DNA from: a virus
Direction: 5' to 3' (one strand)
IMG/VR virus record: IMGVR_UViG_3300026522_000014
Location: 1-36,440 of that record
Length of the DNA stretch: 36,440 bases
In this document: one piece after another, positions 8,846-18,214 of the stretch
Layout: the number at the start of each line of letters is the position of its first letter
Numbering within the stretch: position 1 is the stretch's first letter
Made by a program: the position numbers and the translations under genes
The notes under the pieces: model-generated
What the model saw: only the letters and a program-made list of their open reading frames with translations
What the model was told of the DNA's origin: nothing
Database searches by the model: none

Positions 8846-9568
8846 CTAAATCCACCGTGAATAGTATTCAATGGTGAGGGATTCCACGTTCCCACTCCAT
8901 TCTATCGTGTGTCTGCCGGGCGTTAATACGAGCCGCGCATAATCACCAGTGACATACCTGTTCATCAACGCGCCTTCCGGCGTGTAGGCTTCCAGCTTCT
9001 CGACGCTGATAGCCATCTCCCAATCACCGGCATTGTTAATCTGCACCACCTGCGAGCCGTCAAGAGACAAGCTCACATTGCCAGACGCTTTGATAAGGTA
9101 CATCGGAGCCGACATCACGTTGCCCTCGTTTGTCACTACAGCCTGTTTCGCGCTACCGTCGAAAGTCTTAGGCAGATGCACTCGCGAGCGCTTATACGGT
9201 TGCACATGCAGTTTCACGTCTGCCGTCCTGTACCGTACAAGCCGCTCAAAATCGATACTTTCAAGCTGGATAAAATCATATTCTTTATCAGGTTCATTCG
9301 AGAACGTAATATAGCCTTCATCTGCAAAAAATTCGATGACTTTATCGATATCAAAATTCCCGTGCAAGCCGATACTTACAGTCTTATCGTAAGCCTGATA
9401 ACCGAGCGTGGTGATAATATCCCCGTCGCGCCCGTCGATTTCCTCCGAGCTAAAACGCATCTTCGGCTTCGTAATCGGCGGCAGTGACGTGATAATCAAG
9501 CCGTCAACGCCATAGCTGGGCATGTCGTTAATCAGCACCCAAGGACGCTGATACCCGAATCCTTTCAT
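8846..9568 (-). CDS. distal tail protein (Dit, siphovirus tail family)
   Basis: It lies immediately after the tape measure gene. The N-terminus reads MKGFGYQRPWVLINDMPSYGVDGLIITSLPPITKPKMRFSSEEIDGRDGD..., which is typical of Dit. Confidence 0.75.
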   Translation of the reverse strand: MKGFGYQRPWVLINDMPSYGVDGLIITSLPPITKPKMRFSSEEIDGRDGDIITTLGYQAYDKTVSIGLHGNFDIDKVIEFFADEGYITFSNEPDKEYDFIQLESIDFERLVRYRTADVKLHVQPYKRSRVHLPKTFDGSAKQAVVTNEGNVMSAPMYLIKASGNVSLSLDGSQVVQINNAGDWEMAISVEKLEAYTPEGALMNRYVTGDYARLVLTPGRHTIEWSGNVESLTIEYYSRWI

Positions 9569-9580
9569 ACTTCAATCCTC

Positions 9581-12250
9581 CTATCCTCTGTAAATCGCGG
9601 CAGTCACAGTCTTGGTCACGAAACGTCCAGCTACTTCATCGTCAAGTACCACGCGAACATTCTTGAGTGCTTCCACGATAGCGTCCACGATATTAGCTTG
9701 CGAGCCATACCCATAGCCATTTGAAGCCGATTGAGCCGCCGAGACAGTCCCAAGGTCATACGATTGTGCGAAAGCATCAGCGCTAGGCATCGCATCAATC
9801 ATCTGCTTCGACACCGCACCCATCTCGTCCTCAAAACCGACACCGATACCTTGAGCCAAATACTTACCGACTTCATCGCGCATCAGGCGGGAGGGCGAAT
9901 GAATCCCGAAGAAGCCCTTGATATCCTTCATAATGCCGGACACCCAGCCACTGAGCTTATCACGCAGCCAGCCAATGGAATTCTTGATACCCTGCCACAA
10001 GCCCTCAACGAGCTGCTTGCCGATATCGAGCACTCTTTCCGGAGCTTCCTTGAGAGCCTTGATAATCTCGCTCACAATCTTTTTCGCACCCTTAACGACA
10101 TTGCCGACACCATGCACAATACCGTCAGCGAGCTTAATCATCATCTTGTGACCAGTGCTCAGAATCTCCGGCAAGTGAGCCGAAAGAGTACCCGCAATCT
10201 TAATAACGATGCCGGGGAGCATCGCAATAAGCTGAGGGATAGCCTGTGTCAAACCCTCAATCAGAGCAATCAGAATCTGGACACCCGCTTCGATAATCAG
10301 CGGCAGGTTGTCAAGCAGCACATTGGTGATTTGCATGACGATACCGGGGAGCATCTGGATGAGCTGCGGCAAAGCCTCCATCAGCCCATTGGTCAAGGCG
10401 AGCAGCAACTGCACGCCAGCTTGGATAAGCTCAGGAAGATTCGTCAGGATAGTCTGCACAGTCTGTTGGATAATCGTCGGCAGCATGTCGATAAGCTGAG
10501 GCAAAGCCTCCGTAATCCCCTGCACAAGACTGATGAGAATCTGCATGCCAGCCTGCACAATCTGCGGCAGATTAGCGATAATCAGATTGCCGATAGTCGT
10601 CAAAATCTGATTGAAAGCATCCATCAGCTGCGGCATAGCTGTGACCAAAGACTGGACAAGACTCGTGATAGCTGTGGAAAGCGTCGGCAGCAGCTCACTC
10701 ACCTTATCCGGCAGCTTAGCCAGAATCTCCGGCAAAACATTCTGCACGAGATTGCTCACAAGATTCGCAATACCGGTAATCGAATTGCCGACCACAGGAA
10801 GCAGATTCTTCGCCGCGAAACCCACAGAAGCCACGAGATTGTTGATTGCATCCCCCATGCCGTCACCACTGCCAATGGCAGTCAGTACGTTCTGCCACGA
10901 CGCTTTGACCATGTTCATGGAGCCTTCAATGGTCGTCGCGCCTTCCTTTATCGTCGTGCCAGCAATGTTCATTTTCTTTTGCATGACGCTGATGGCGTTG
11001 ACTAGATTGCCGAAGCTCAGGTCATTGTCTTTGACCGTGACTCCAAGCTCCTTCTGCACATCAGTGAGCTTCGCGGATTCCGCTACGAGACGCTTGGCTT
11101 CCTCCTTCGTGCCACCGAAACCGAGCTTCAAGTTGTCCAACATCGCATAATTGCCGCGAGCCAATGACTGGTAGGTCTGGACAATCGAATTGATGTCAGT
11201 GCCCATCTTGTTGGCGTTGTCCGACATGTCGATTACCGCACGATTCGCGACTTTGGCAGCTTCAGCCGTATCCCCGCCAAGCGAACTGATAAGGGAAGCC
11301 GAGAAAGATGTCACGGTATTCATGTAGTCGTTGGCTGACATTCCTGCAGTCTTCCAAGCCTCATTCGCGTATGCGACGACCTGATTCTGCGTGTCTGTCA
11401 GCTTGTCGAATTCGCCGCGAGCAGCATCTACGGATTTGCCGACACGAGCAGCATACTCCTCCAGTGAGTCTCCGCCAGTGCCGAAGAGTGTCTGCACACC
11501 ACCGACAGCCTGCTCGTAGGTCGAGTACGCTTCGACAGACTGCTTCGTCAAATCAACAAAAGCACTGCCCAGTCTCTGCAAGCCGGAGACAGCCGCTTGG
11601 ACAGCAGAAGTCGCAAGATTCGCCAAAACGTTTTTGAAAACAGTGTACCCGCCGCCAGCTTCTGCTGCTTTCTTTCCGCTCTCCTGCGCTTCATTCCCAA
11701 GCTCATCAGCGGATTTGCCAGCCTTGTCCATGTCAGGCGATAAGCTCTTAATCTCCGCGTCAGTCTTGTTAATGTCGGCTTGCGCGTTATTCATCTGCGT
11801 GCGGAGCTTGGACATTGCGATTTCGTTGGCATTGATAGCCGATGATGACTTGTCAACGTCATGCGCAAGACTTGCAACGACCTTAGCCTGCGCCTGATAC
11901 TCCGGAGACGTTTTCCCTAGCGTCGCTTCAATCTGCGCCAGCTTCTGCTTCTCAGCATCATAGCTCGCGACAAGCTCCTTATGCTTGGTGTTGTTAGCAG
12001 TGTACTGCGCGCTCATAGCGCGATACTGCGAGGTAAGGACGCTAAGTTTTTCCTTCTGCGCAGCCATCTTGGAATTAAGCACCTGCGTCCGTGCCGTCAG
12101 CGCCGCTTGCGAATTGTCACTCTTCGCATACTGAGAGCTGACCACCTTCATCTCAGAGCCGACCTCTCGCAGATTCTGCGAGATACGATTCAACGCCGCT
12201 CTATATTCGCTCTCGCCTGTGAGCTTCACGGCACCGCCGAACCCAGCCAT
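9581..12250 (-). CDS. tail tape measure protein
   Basis: The protein is 889 aa with a coiled-coil N-terminus and internal about 40-aa repeats (ALPQLIxMLPxI...). It is positioned after the chaperone pair. Confidence 0.9.
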   Translation of the reverse strand: MAGFGGAVKLTGESEYRAALNRISQNLREVGSEMKVVSSQYAKSDNSQAALTARTQVLNSKMAAQKEKLSVLTSQYRAMSAQYTANNTKHKELVASYDAEKQKLAQIEATLGKTSPEYQAQAKVVASLAHDVDKSSSAINANEIAMSKLRTQMNNAQADINKTDAEIKSLSPDMDKAGKSADELGNEAQESGKKAAEAGGGYTVFKNVLANLATSAVQAAVSGLQRLGSAFVDLTKQSVEAYSTYEQAVGGVQTLFGTGGDSLEEYAARVGKSVDAARGEFDKLTDTQNQVVAYANEAWKTAGMSANDYMNTVTSFSASLISSLGGDTAEAAKVANRAVIDMSDNANKMGTDINSIVQTYQSLARGNYAMLDNLKLGFGGTKEEAKRLVAESAKLTDVQKELGVTVKDNDLSFGNLVNAISVMQKKMNIAGTTIKEGATTIEGSMNMVKASWQNVLTAIGSGDGMGDAINNLVASVGFAAKNLLPVVGNSITGIANLVSNLVQNVLPEILAKLPDKVSELLPTLSTAITSLVQSLVTAMPQLMDAFNQILTTIGNLIIANLPQIVQAGMQILISLVQGITEALPQLIDMLPTIIQQTVQTILTNLPELIQAGVQLLLALTNGLMEALPQLIQMLPGIVMQITNVLLDNLPLIIEAGVQILIALIEGLTQAIPQLIAMLPGIVIKIAGTLSAHLPEILSTGHKMMIKLADGIVHGVGNVVKGAKKIVSEIIKALKEAPERVLDIGKQLVEGLWQGIKNSIGWLRDKLSGWVSGIMKDIKGFFGIHSPSRLMRDEVGKYLAQGIGVGFEDEMGAVSKQMIDAMPSADAFAQSYDLGTVSAAQSASNGYGYGSQANIVDAIVEALKNVRVVLDDEVAGRFVTKTVTAAIYRG

Positions 12251-12263
12251 CTATATCACCCTC

Positions 12264-12494
12264 CTAGAACCATTCCTCTTCCTGCTCTTGCTTGCGTTTC
12301 GCGGCTTCATACGTCGTGTTATTCGCTCTCAGCATGGTCTCCGTGTCGAAGACTTGCTGATAAGCGTGGTATCGTCCCATGAAGTCCTTGAGCGTCATGC
12401 GCATCACCTCACGGTCAGACGATAGACCAAGCCTTGCCCGGCCAATGAAAAGAATCCACGCGAAATCAATGGCCGGGTCTTGGTCAAAGTACAC
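12264..12494 (-). CDS. tail assembly chaperone, T-like extension, probably expressed as a -1 frameshift fusion with 12509-12856
   Basis: This reading frame is entered by a -1 slip at AAAAAAC (12515-12521), which gives ...KKRVIHDDDVYFDQDPAIDF.... Confidence 0.7.
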   Translation of the reverse strand: MYFDQDPAIDFAWILFIGRARLGLSSDREVMRMTLKDFMGRYHAYQQVFDTETMLRANNTTYEAAKRKQEQEEEWF

Positions 12495-12508
12495 GTCATC
12501 GTCGTGGA

Positions 12509-12856
12509 TTACTCGTTTTTTGAGCCATCCTCAGTGGACGCAGTGACAATGTTTTGCATCTGCTTAGTGATAGCATCCATACCGACAGTGCCAATCAGTC
12601 GCCCGACCTGCTTCAATGTCAGCGGCTTAATGTCGGTGCCGTTGTCTTCGTTGTCGATGTCGATGCCTTCGTTGAGCATTGCAGCGAAGCCGAAGATGAC
12701 GGCCTTCGCGTTCGGCTCACCATTCTCACCTTCCGTCTGCTTGCCCCACTCGTCCAAAGAGCCATACTCCTCTTGGATGGTCTGCATCACATTGAGGTTA
12801 AATGCGAGATGATATTCAACGCCTTTGTAAGTAATTGCATCGTTTTTCTTTGTCAT
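12509..12856 (-). CDS. tail assembly chaperone (gpG-like)
   Basis: A 115-aa acidic protein between the major tail and tape measure genes, carrying the slippery site at its 3' end. Confidence 0.75.
   Translation of the reverse strand: MTKKNDAITYKGVEYHLAFNLNVMQTIQEEYGSLDEWGKQTEGENGEPNAKAVIFGFAAMLNEGIDIDNEDNGTDIKPLTLKQVGRLIGTVGMDAITKQMQNIVTASTEDGSKNE
12515..12521 (-). promoter_or_regulatory. programmed -1 ribosomal frameshift slippery heptamer A_AAA_AAC
   Basis: The zero frame reads ggc tcA AAA AAC gag taa. The heptamer sits 2 codons before the stop of the G-like chaperone, and the -1 frame is open through 12264. Confidence 0.7.
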
Positions 12857-12867
12857 AATTTCCTCCT

Positions 12868-12902
12868 AAAAGTAAGGGCATGACATTCACATGCCATGCC
12901 CT
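12868..12902 (-). terminator. hairpin plus short U-tract after the major tail gene, a likely partial terminator
   Basis: agggcatg (12875-12882) and catgccct (12895-12902) form perfect 8-bp arms. The - strand transcript continues with acuuuu. Confidence 0.45.
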
Positions 12903-12921
12903 AATTATCCCACAAAATAGG

Positions 12922-13521
12922 TCAGCTATGAGAGCCTGACGTGGTGGTGGACGCGCTGGACGCTTTAGTCGCCGTCAGCTTGCCCTTAACCCAAGTCACA
13001 GCCGCCGCCTTCGTGTCAAAGACCTGCGCGGCAGACCAATCACCATTGGCAAGCGTCGCGGCAGTGCCCTCGATTTCAGGCGTGGCGAAATCCACGGATT
13101 CTCCCTTAGTGCTGTCCTCTTGAGACGGCTCTGAGAATTTGACCTTGTAGAGGAATTCGCCCTTGTACACGTACTTGCCGTTGACCATCTTGGTCACGAC
13201 ACGCCCAAGACCAATCCAAGGCGCAGCATCCTCAGCGGAACGCACCATCTCGCCGCCACTATCAGCCACCTTGTGACCGAGGATTTCCGCGAAAATAGTC
13301 ATGTCATCATCAGCGACACCAAGCGTCACTTTGGCACTTTGGAAGCTGTTATCGGATTCAGCGAGTGCATCGTCAGCGTACAGCGTCGCATCATTCGTAG
13401 ACACGTCAACCTTAGCCGAGACCGCCTTACCAAAGGACTTTGCCCCACCATAAGACGGAGTGCCGTCAGCTCCCTCAGTAAGGATTCCATACCACAGATT
13501 TGTCAATCCGATTTGCGCCAT
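12922..13521 (-). CDS. major tail protein
   Basis: I trimmed the start to the ATG at 13521 (MAQIGLTNLWYGILTEG...), which has RBS aaggag 9 nt upstream. The sequence and position are typical of phi13-type major tail proteins. Confidence 0.8.
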   Translation of the reverse strand: MAQIGLTNLWYGILTEGADGTPSYGGAKSFGKAVSAKVDVSTNDATLYADDALAESDNSFQSAKVTLGVADDDMTIFAEILGHKVADSGGEMVRSAEDAAPWIGLGRVVTKMVNGKYVYKGEFLYKVKFSEPSQEDSTKGESVDFATPEIEGTAATLANGDWSAAQVFDTKAAAVTWVKGKLTATKASSASTTTSGSHS

Positions 13522-13523
13522 TT

Positions 13524-13871
13524 TCACCAGCTCCTTTCACGAGCAAAATTAAGCGTGACATGATAGTACCCAGTATCGGATTCGTACATGTCCCATTGTG
13601 AGCGTGTTGGCTGCCAAGTCCAACCCGCTTCTTCTAGTCTATCCCTCACAGCTCCAGCAATAGAGAGATAATTTGACTTGCTATAAATGTCAAAATCATA
13701 GTAGGTTATCCACGCTTGAATCTTATCGTCAGCGGCAAGCGTATTATCATCGCTCTCACGGTTGAAAACAACGTAAGGCTCACCATGCCCATCATAATGC
13801 TGGAAAGCCACAGGAATACTCTTACCGCCGACCTTGAAGCCCTTGAATAGATTTAGAATCTCTTCATTCAC
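13524..13871 (-). CDS. tail completion / tail terminator-like protein
   Basis: A 115-aa ORF with a GTG start and RBS ggaggtg. The call is made by position, between the gp10-like and major tail genes. Confidence 0.5.
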   Translation of the reverse strand: MNEEILNLFKGFKVGGKSIPVAFQHYDGHGEPYVVFNRESDDNTLAADDKIQAWITYYDFDIYSKSNYLSIAGAVRDRLEEAGWTWQPTRSQWDMYESDTGYYHVTLNFARERSW

Positions 13872-13876
13872 TTGGA

Positions 13877-14308
13877 TTAATCACCTCCATAAAGCATATC
13901 AAGATACTTATCCTGTGTCTTTTCGAGCGCACTCTTTATTTTCTTCTTATTGAAGCTCTTGCGGACGAATGGGTGTTTTTTCACCTTGCCATCACTACGA
14001 CCATATTCCATGACATTACACACCAATTCTGCAGGTGTTTTCACGCCACGTTTGTTGATGAAATAACCGTAAAAAGCAATCTTGGTATTTATTCCGCCAT
14101 CGCTCGGTGTCTTGTACACTTTGGTGATGTGCAGGCACTTCATAATGTCCGAATCGCGGAATGATGCCGGTACGTTAGCCTTGATTTCTTCAAGCACGAC
14201 TTGCGCGCCAGCTTGGGTCATCTCGCCAATCATCTTTTCCGTTTCTTCGTTGAGCCTGTCAAAAGTCTTTATCAAGTCGTTCGGCAGCTCCATCTCAAAT
14301 TTAGCCAT
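13877..14308 (-). CDS. HK97 gp10-family tail-component / neck protein
   Basis: A 143-aa protein with a ...KKHPFVRKSF... region typical of the gp10 family, placed in the connector gene block. Confidence 0.65.
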   Translation of the reverse strand: MAKFEMELPNDLIKTFDRLNEETEKMIGEMTQAGAQVVLEEIKANVPASFRDSDIMKCLHITKVYKTPSDGGINTKIAFYGYFINKRGVKTPAELVCNVMEYGRSDGKVKKHPFVRKSFNKKKIKSALEKTQDKYLDMLYGGD

Positions 14309-14640
14309 CAGTGCATCACCACCTTTGCTTGTATCTCCAATTCAATACCCGCTTCATTCACATTATTCAAATATTGGATTGTGTAAGTCTTGTCATTGTA
14401 TTCAATCAGCATATCCCGGTCGATAGCCACAGTTCCGGGATAGCGAATCGTGAAATTCGTCAGTGCTTTCTCAAAGTCAGAATCATTCTGAATCAGCGTA
14501 TATCCGCTTGTCGTCTTCACCCTCGCATAAGGTTCTAAGATTGTCTCGCGTGTAGACGTTGGGAAACCGTCTTTATCAGTTGTCTGCACGTCCTTGACAA
14601 TCCTGATACGCTTGTCATATCGTCCGGCATTGGTCATCAT
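14308..14640 (-). CDS. head-tail adaptor / head closure protein
   Basis: It reads YDKRIRIVKDVQTTDKDGFPTSTRETILEPYARVKTTSG...FTIRY, typical of head-tail joining proteins. Its stop and start overlap those of its neighbours. Confidence 0.7.
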   Translation of the reverse strand: MMTNAGRYDKRIRIVKDVQTTDKDGFPTSTRETILEPYARVKTTSGYTLIQNDSDFEKALTNFTIRYPGTVAIDRDMLIEYNDKTYTIQYLNNVNEAGIELEIQAKVVMH

Positions 14641-14957
14641 TGCTCACCGCCAGACGGCAAAAGATTAACACTGTGCATGTCAAGGATTGACTGCACGGTA
14701 AGATTCGGCGTATTCGTATCCGCGTAAATTGTGCGGTTGTCGTACATATCCTGCGCGAGCGCTAGCGCGGCGATGACAAAGTCCGGAGACTTGTCCAAGT
14801 CAGCCGCGCTAAGCCCAGTGTACTTGCACATGTAAGCCGGGACAGCCTTGATGATGGCGGCAAGCAGAGTATTGTCAGCGTCGGACGGGTCAGACACACG
14901 AAGATAATCCGCGAGCGCTTGAACCGTAATCTCCGATACCTTGCTAATCTCCATCAT
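14637..14957 (-). CDS. gp6-like head-tail connector protein
   Basis: I trimmed the start to the ATG at 14957. The sequence EITVQALADYLRVSDPSDADNTLLAAIIKAVPAYMCKYTG...AQDMYDNR matches the DNA-packaging / gp6-like connector pattern. Confidence 0.7.
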   Translation of the reverse strand: MMEISKVSEITVQALADYLRVSDPSDADNTLLAAIIKAVPAYMCKYTGLSAADLDKSPDFVIAALALAQDMYDNRTIYADTNTPNLTVQSILDMHSVNLLPSGGEQ

Positions 14958-14974
14958 TGCCACCACCACTCAGA

Positions 14975-15139
14975 CTATTCTTCGGTCGTTGCGTTCTTCC
15001 TAGTCCTGCCTTTCGGCTTGACTTCCTCAATGTAGCCAGCACGCAGCAGGTCGGCTACAAGGTCAGCGTCCTTAATCTCCCGCGTCTCACCCTCACACAT
15101 GGAGATTGCGCCGCTGAAAGACTTAAGAGCTTTATGCAC
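14975..15139 (-). CDS. small hypothetical ORF between the capsid and connector genes
   Basis: The frame is open from the GTG at 15139 (or the ATG at 15100) to the TAG at 14975, reading ...MCEGETREIKDADLVADLLRAGYIEEVKPKGRTRKNATTEE. The RBS is weak. Confidence 0.35.
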   Translation of the reverse strand: MHKALKSFSGAISMCEGETREIKDADLVADLLRAGYIEEVKPKGRTRKNATTEE

Positions 15140-16295
15140 CTGCCATCACCAGCTTAGCCAGCTTCTGAGCGTCCTGCACCTTCGCGTCGAATTCAAACCA
15201 CGCGACCACGCCCGTGGCGTGCTCGTCGGCGTACTTCTCGCGCAGAATCTGAGTGGAGATGTTCTCCGTGAACTTGGTCGCCAAGCCAGTCAAATCGCCA
15301 TAGTAGATAGGCGCAGTGCTTGCACCGATTTCCGGCATGTTGTCGGACACGTAAATCGGCTTGCCGAGCAGAGTGCTGCCGAACGGGCTAGTGATATCGT
15401 CCTGAAGCAGATAATGGCCATCGGTACCCCTCAGCAAGCGGAGAGCGGTACGTGTCTTGTTGGACATAATCCAGACAGCGTTACCCTGATACACGTCCTT
15501 GATGCTATCCTTCAAGGTCACGATTTCGTCGGCAGTGATGGCGTTAGCCGCCTTAGCGGTGGTCGTATTGGTGATACCGGACAGTCCGGCAACCTTCTCG
15601 GACGTGCCGATAAGCAGCTCGTGCTCAATCCAGCGTGCAATATCCTCGCCCATCTGGTTGACGACAAAGGACACGATATCAAACTGGGAATTGTTGATAA
15701 GGCTGTTGGAAATCTTGGACAATGCGCCAGCGAGATAGCCACTCAGCTCGATGCTCTTAAACGCGCCATTGGAGGAAGCCAGTGGCGTGAACTCCTGAGC
15801 GTAAGCGACGTTGATACCACCGTTAGTGGCATCATAGTAGGGGAGCTGGAGCTTGCCCTTGACGTTGTACTTCTGCGAGCGCTGGAGCACCGGCGCAACA
15901 TCGTACACCTTCTTGACAATCTGGTTGGCAATAGATGTAGGAATCACCGCACCATTATCGGTGAGGGTCAGCTCGCCACCACGCTCCTGCATCACCTTAT
16001 CGCCGCGCAAGTACGCCTCGAAAGCACGCAGTTCTCGCGCCTCAGTATCCTGCGGCTTGTTATCAGCATTATCACCCATCGGCTTCGCTTCCTCCTTAGG
16101 CTGCTTGTCATCAGCACTCAGCTCATCGTTAATCTTGAGTGCAGACTTAATCTTCTGCACATCGTCGCGGATTTCAGCCAGCTCAGCCGCCTCATCATCA
16201 GTCAGCTCACGCTTCTCGGTTTCCGCGCCCTTGAGGATTTCCTCGGCGCGGGTAATCCGCTCGTTTTTACGTTCAATCATGTTCTTGAGTTGCAT
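15132..16295 (-). CDS. major capsid protein, HK97 family
   Basis: A 387-aa protein with an N-terminal coiled-coil delta-domain-like region followed by a capsid fold region. It follows the prohead protease, and the RBS is caaggagg. Confidence 0.9.
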   Translation of the reverse strand: MQLKNMIERKNERITRAEEILKGAETEKRELTDDEAAELAEIRDDVQKIKSALKINDELSADDKQPKEEAKPMGDNADNKPQDTEARELRAFEAYLRGDKVMQERGGELTLTDNGAVIPTSIANQIVKKVYDVAPVLQRSQKYNVKGKLQLPYYDATNGGINVAYAQEFTPLASSNGAFKSIELSGYLAGALSKISNSLINNSQFDIVSFVVNQMGEDIARWIEHELLIGTSEKVAGLSGITNTTTAKAANAITADEIVTLKDSIKDVYQGNAVWIMSNKTRTALRLLRGTDGHYLLQDDITSPFGSTLLGKPIYVSDNMPEIGASTAPIYYGDLTGLATKFTENISTQILREKYADEHATGVVAWFEFDAKVQDAQKLAKLVMAGA

Positions 16296-16297
16296 GA

Positions 16298-16951
16298 TTA
16301 ATCCTCCTTGAGTTCAGCAATGAGATTCTCCCATTTGCTGTAATCGATTTTACTATCTTTTTCTTCCAGAATATCGCGCTTTTCAGTCGCTTCTTCCTCA
16401 GTCTTTTCAGCCGGTTTTTCTTCGGTGACTTCCGGCTTATCGTCGGTCATCACCTCACCGGTGTTCAGATGCACGGTATCCCCTTGAGCGTCCCGCGCCT
16501 GAATCAACGTGCCATCATAAGCGGGGACTTTCGAACGGTCAAGGATAGAGACTTCGTACAAGTCCAAGTCCTTAACGTCGCGGGTCATCATGCCGTCTAC
16601 GTCGCGCGTATCCACGTCGCGGTCGCTAAAACCGAAGCTCCAGCCCACTAGGTCGCCATGCTTGGCTTTCTCGATTACGTCAGCGTCGGTAATCGTCGCC
16701 TTGGCACGCAACCCGATATTATCTTCGTGAAGCTCCAGATTCCCTTGCTTGGTGGAGCCAAGGTCACGATTCACGTCATGATTCAACAAGACGTGAATAT
16801 CATCATTGCGTTCAATGGCACGATTGAATGCTCCAGCCTTGATTCGCTCCCGGAATTGGCCGATACGCGAATTAAGCGGCTTCGATAGACGCTCGACAGC
16901 GTTCACGTAGCCGTCGATTTCGACGCTATTCTCGCGGATATTAATTTTCAT
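16298..16951 (-). CDS. prohead maturation protease, HK97 family
   Basis: I trimmed the start to the ATG at 16951 (MKINIRENSVEIDGYVNAVERLSKPL...VLLNHD...GWSFGF), which has RBS gcaggaggtg. It overlaps the portal stop by 11 nt. Confidence 0.85.
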   Translation of the reverse strand: MKINIRENSVEIDGYVNAVERLSKPLNSRIGQFRERIKAGAFNRAIERNDDIHVLLNHDVNRDLGSTKQGNLELHEDNIGLRAKATITDADVIEKAKHGDLVGWSFGFSDRDVDTRDVDGMMTRDVKDLDLYEVSILDRSKVPAYDGTLIQARDAQGDTVHLNTGEVMTDDKPEVTEEKPAEKTEEEATEKRDILEEKDSKIDYSKWENLIAELKED

Positions 16952-18185
16952 TTTCTGCACCTCCTGCATCAATAGTACCGCTATCAGTAGCAGGGAATTC
17001 AAGGCTATTGCCCTGCTTAGTCGAATCAGTGTTAGGCGTGTAAATCTCGCCTGTCTGCGTATTGTAAAGCACGCTATCAAGACCAAGATTGATGTAGTCC
17101 ATGCCTTCGACAGCATTCATGTTCTCGGCTTGACGCATCTCGTTAATCGTCATGATTCCACACTGTTTCGCCAACTGATACACTTCGTAACGTTCCTTGA
17201 TATTCGCCTTGATAATCTCCTTCGTATCAAAGGCAAAATAATATTTCTTCTTCTCAGATTCCAAGAGTAAATCCCGGTTCAATGCCGTCTCGAAAGCGCG
17301 GATAATAGGATAAATCGCGAACTTGAACGTTTCCTCGAAATTATCCTTGATGTGGAAGATATTATTTATTTCATCTTCAAGTGTTTTCTTGCTCTCATTC
17401 AACTGCATTTCAACGGAAGAATTAGATGCTTCTTGGAATTCCAGCCCATTGTTCAGGACAACGACATTCTCGGAATTGTTGGCATAGAGGTTCCGCCAAG
17501 CGTTCTTTAAAATGTCGATTTCCTCCTGCCCCAGCTTGCGGGTAGCCTTGAGAAAACCTTTCTTGTTCCCGCCGCTCTTGACAAGGCAAAGCTGATAGAG
17601 CAACGTCTGATAAGCGGTTTCGAGCGCCTTGGATACTTCGGCGGTAAGCCCTACACCACTAGCGCCGTCCTTCGTATTCCTAAGCAATTTAATGAATTCA
17701 AAAGGCTTGTAAATATCACTGCCTACAAGAATGTCATAATCCTTGTGGATAGGGTCGGCGTTGATATTGATTGACACGTTGTTAGTCGCAACATAGTACA
17801 AGCCTGTCACGTCATTGCGGCTACGCTCGATGTAGCAGTACCCGCCCTTGTCGAGCAGGTAATCTTCGACCATTGCTTTCTTCAACTGGAAGCCGTCCAA
17901 CGTGTCGCCAGTGTCACCGTTAAGCATGGTGGAGCGCACATCGTCCACACGCTCAACATTCCCCTTCTTAATCCGATAGAGGTATACCGGCATTGACGCG
18001 ATAGCGCCGGAAATAAAATCGACGGCTCCGCTCACTGCGGGGAGTGTCATCGCCTTCTGCCGGTCAATCGGTTCGCCAGTCAGCAACGCCCGCAAGAGCA
18101 CATCATTAACCTGCGGCTCAACTGCTTGCAGCTCCACCGTCTGCGGTTCCGTATCCCGCTTATTCCGATTAAAAAAGCCCATCAT
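16941..18185 (-). CDS. portal protein, HK97 family
   Basis: A 414-aa protein between the large terminase and protease genes with typical portal sequence features. Confidence 0.85.
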   Translation of the reverse strand: MMGFFNRNKRDTEPQTVELQAVEPQVNDVLLRALLTGEPIDRQKAMTLPAVSGAVDFISGAIASMPVYLYRIKKGNVERVDDVRSTMLNGDTGDTLDGFQLKKAMVEDYLLDKGGYCYIERSRNDVTGLYYVATNNVSININADPIHKDYDILVGSDIYKPFEFIKLLRNTKDGASGVGLTAEVSKALETAYQTLLYQLCLVKSGGNKKGFLKATRKLGQEEIDILKNAWRNLYANNSENVVVLNNGLEFQEASNSSVEMQLNESKKTLEDEINNIFHIKDNFEETFKFAIYPIIRAFETALNRDLLLESEKKKYYFAFDTKEIIKANIKERYEVYQLAKQCGIMTINEMRQAENMNAVEGMDYINLGLDSVLYNTQTGEIYTPNTDSTKQGNSLEFPATDSGTIDAGGAENEN

Positions 18186-18214
18186 AACACCTGCCTTATA
18201 CTCTAGATTTTACC

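Noticed and set aside
10140-10720. Internal tandem repeats in the tape measure gene (ALPQLIxMLPxI units).
   Set aside because: These are a normal feature of tape measure proteins and not an independent element.
9731-11005. A long + strand ORF of 424 aa. Similar cases are 15099-16301 (400 aa), 25905-26573, 27219-27929, 33477-34091 and 20500-21171.
   Set aside because: All lie antisense to well-supported - strand genes (tape measure, capsid and others). They lack an RBS and have low-complexity, Arg/Ser/Leu-rich translations typical of shadow ORFs.
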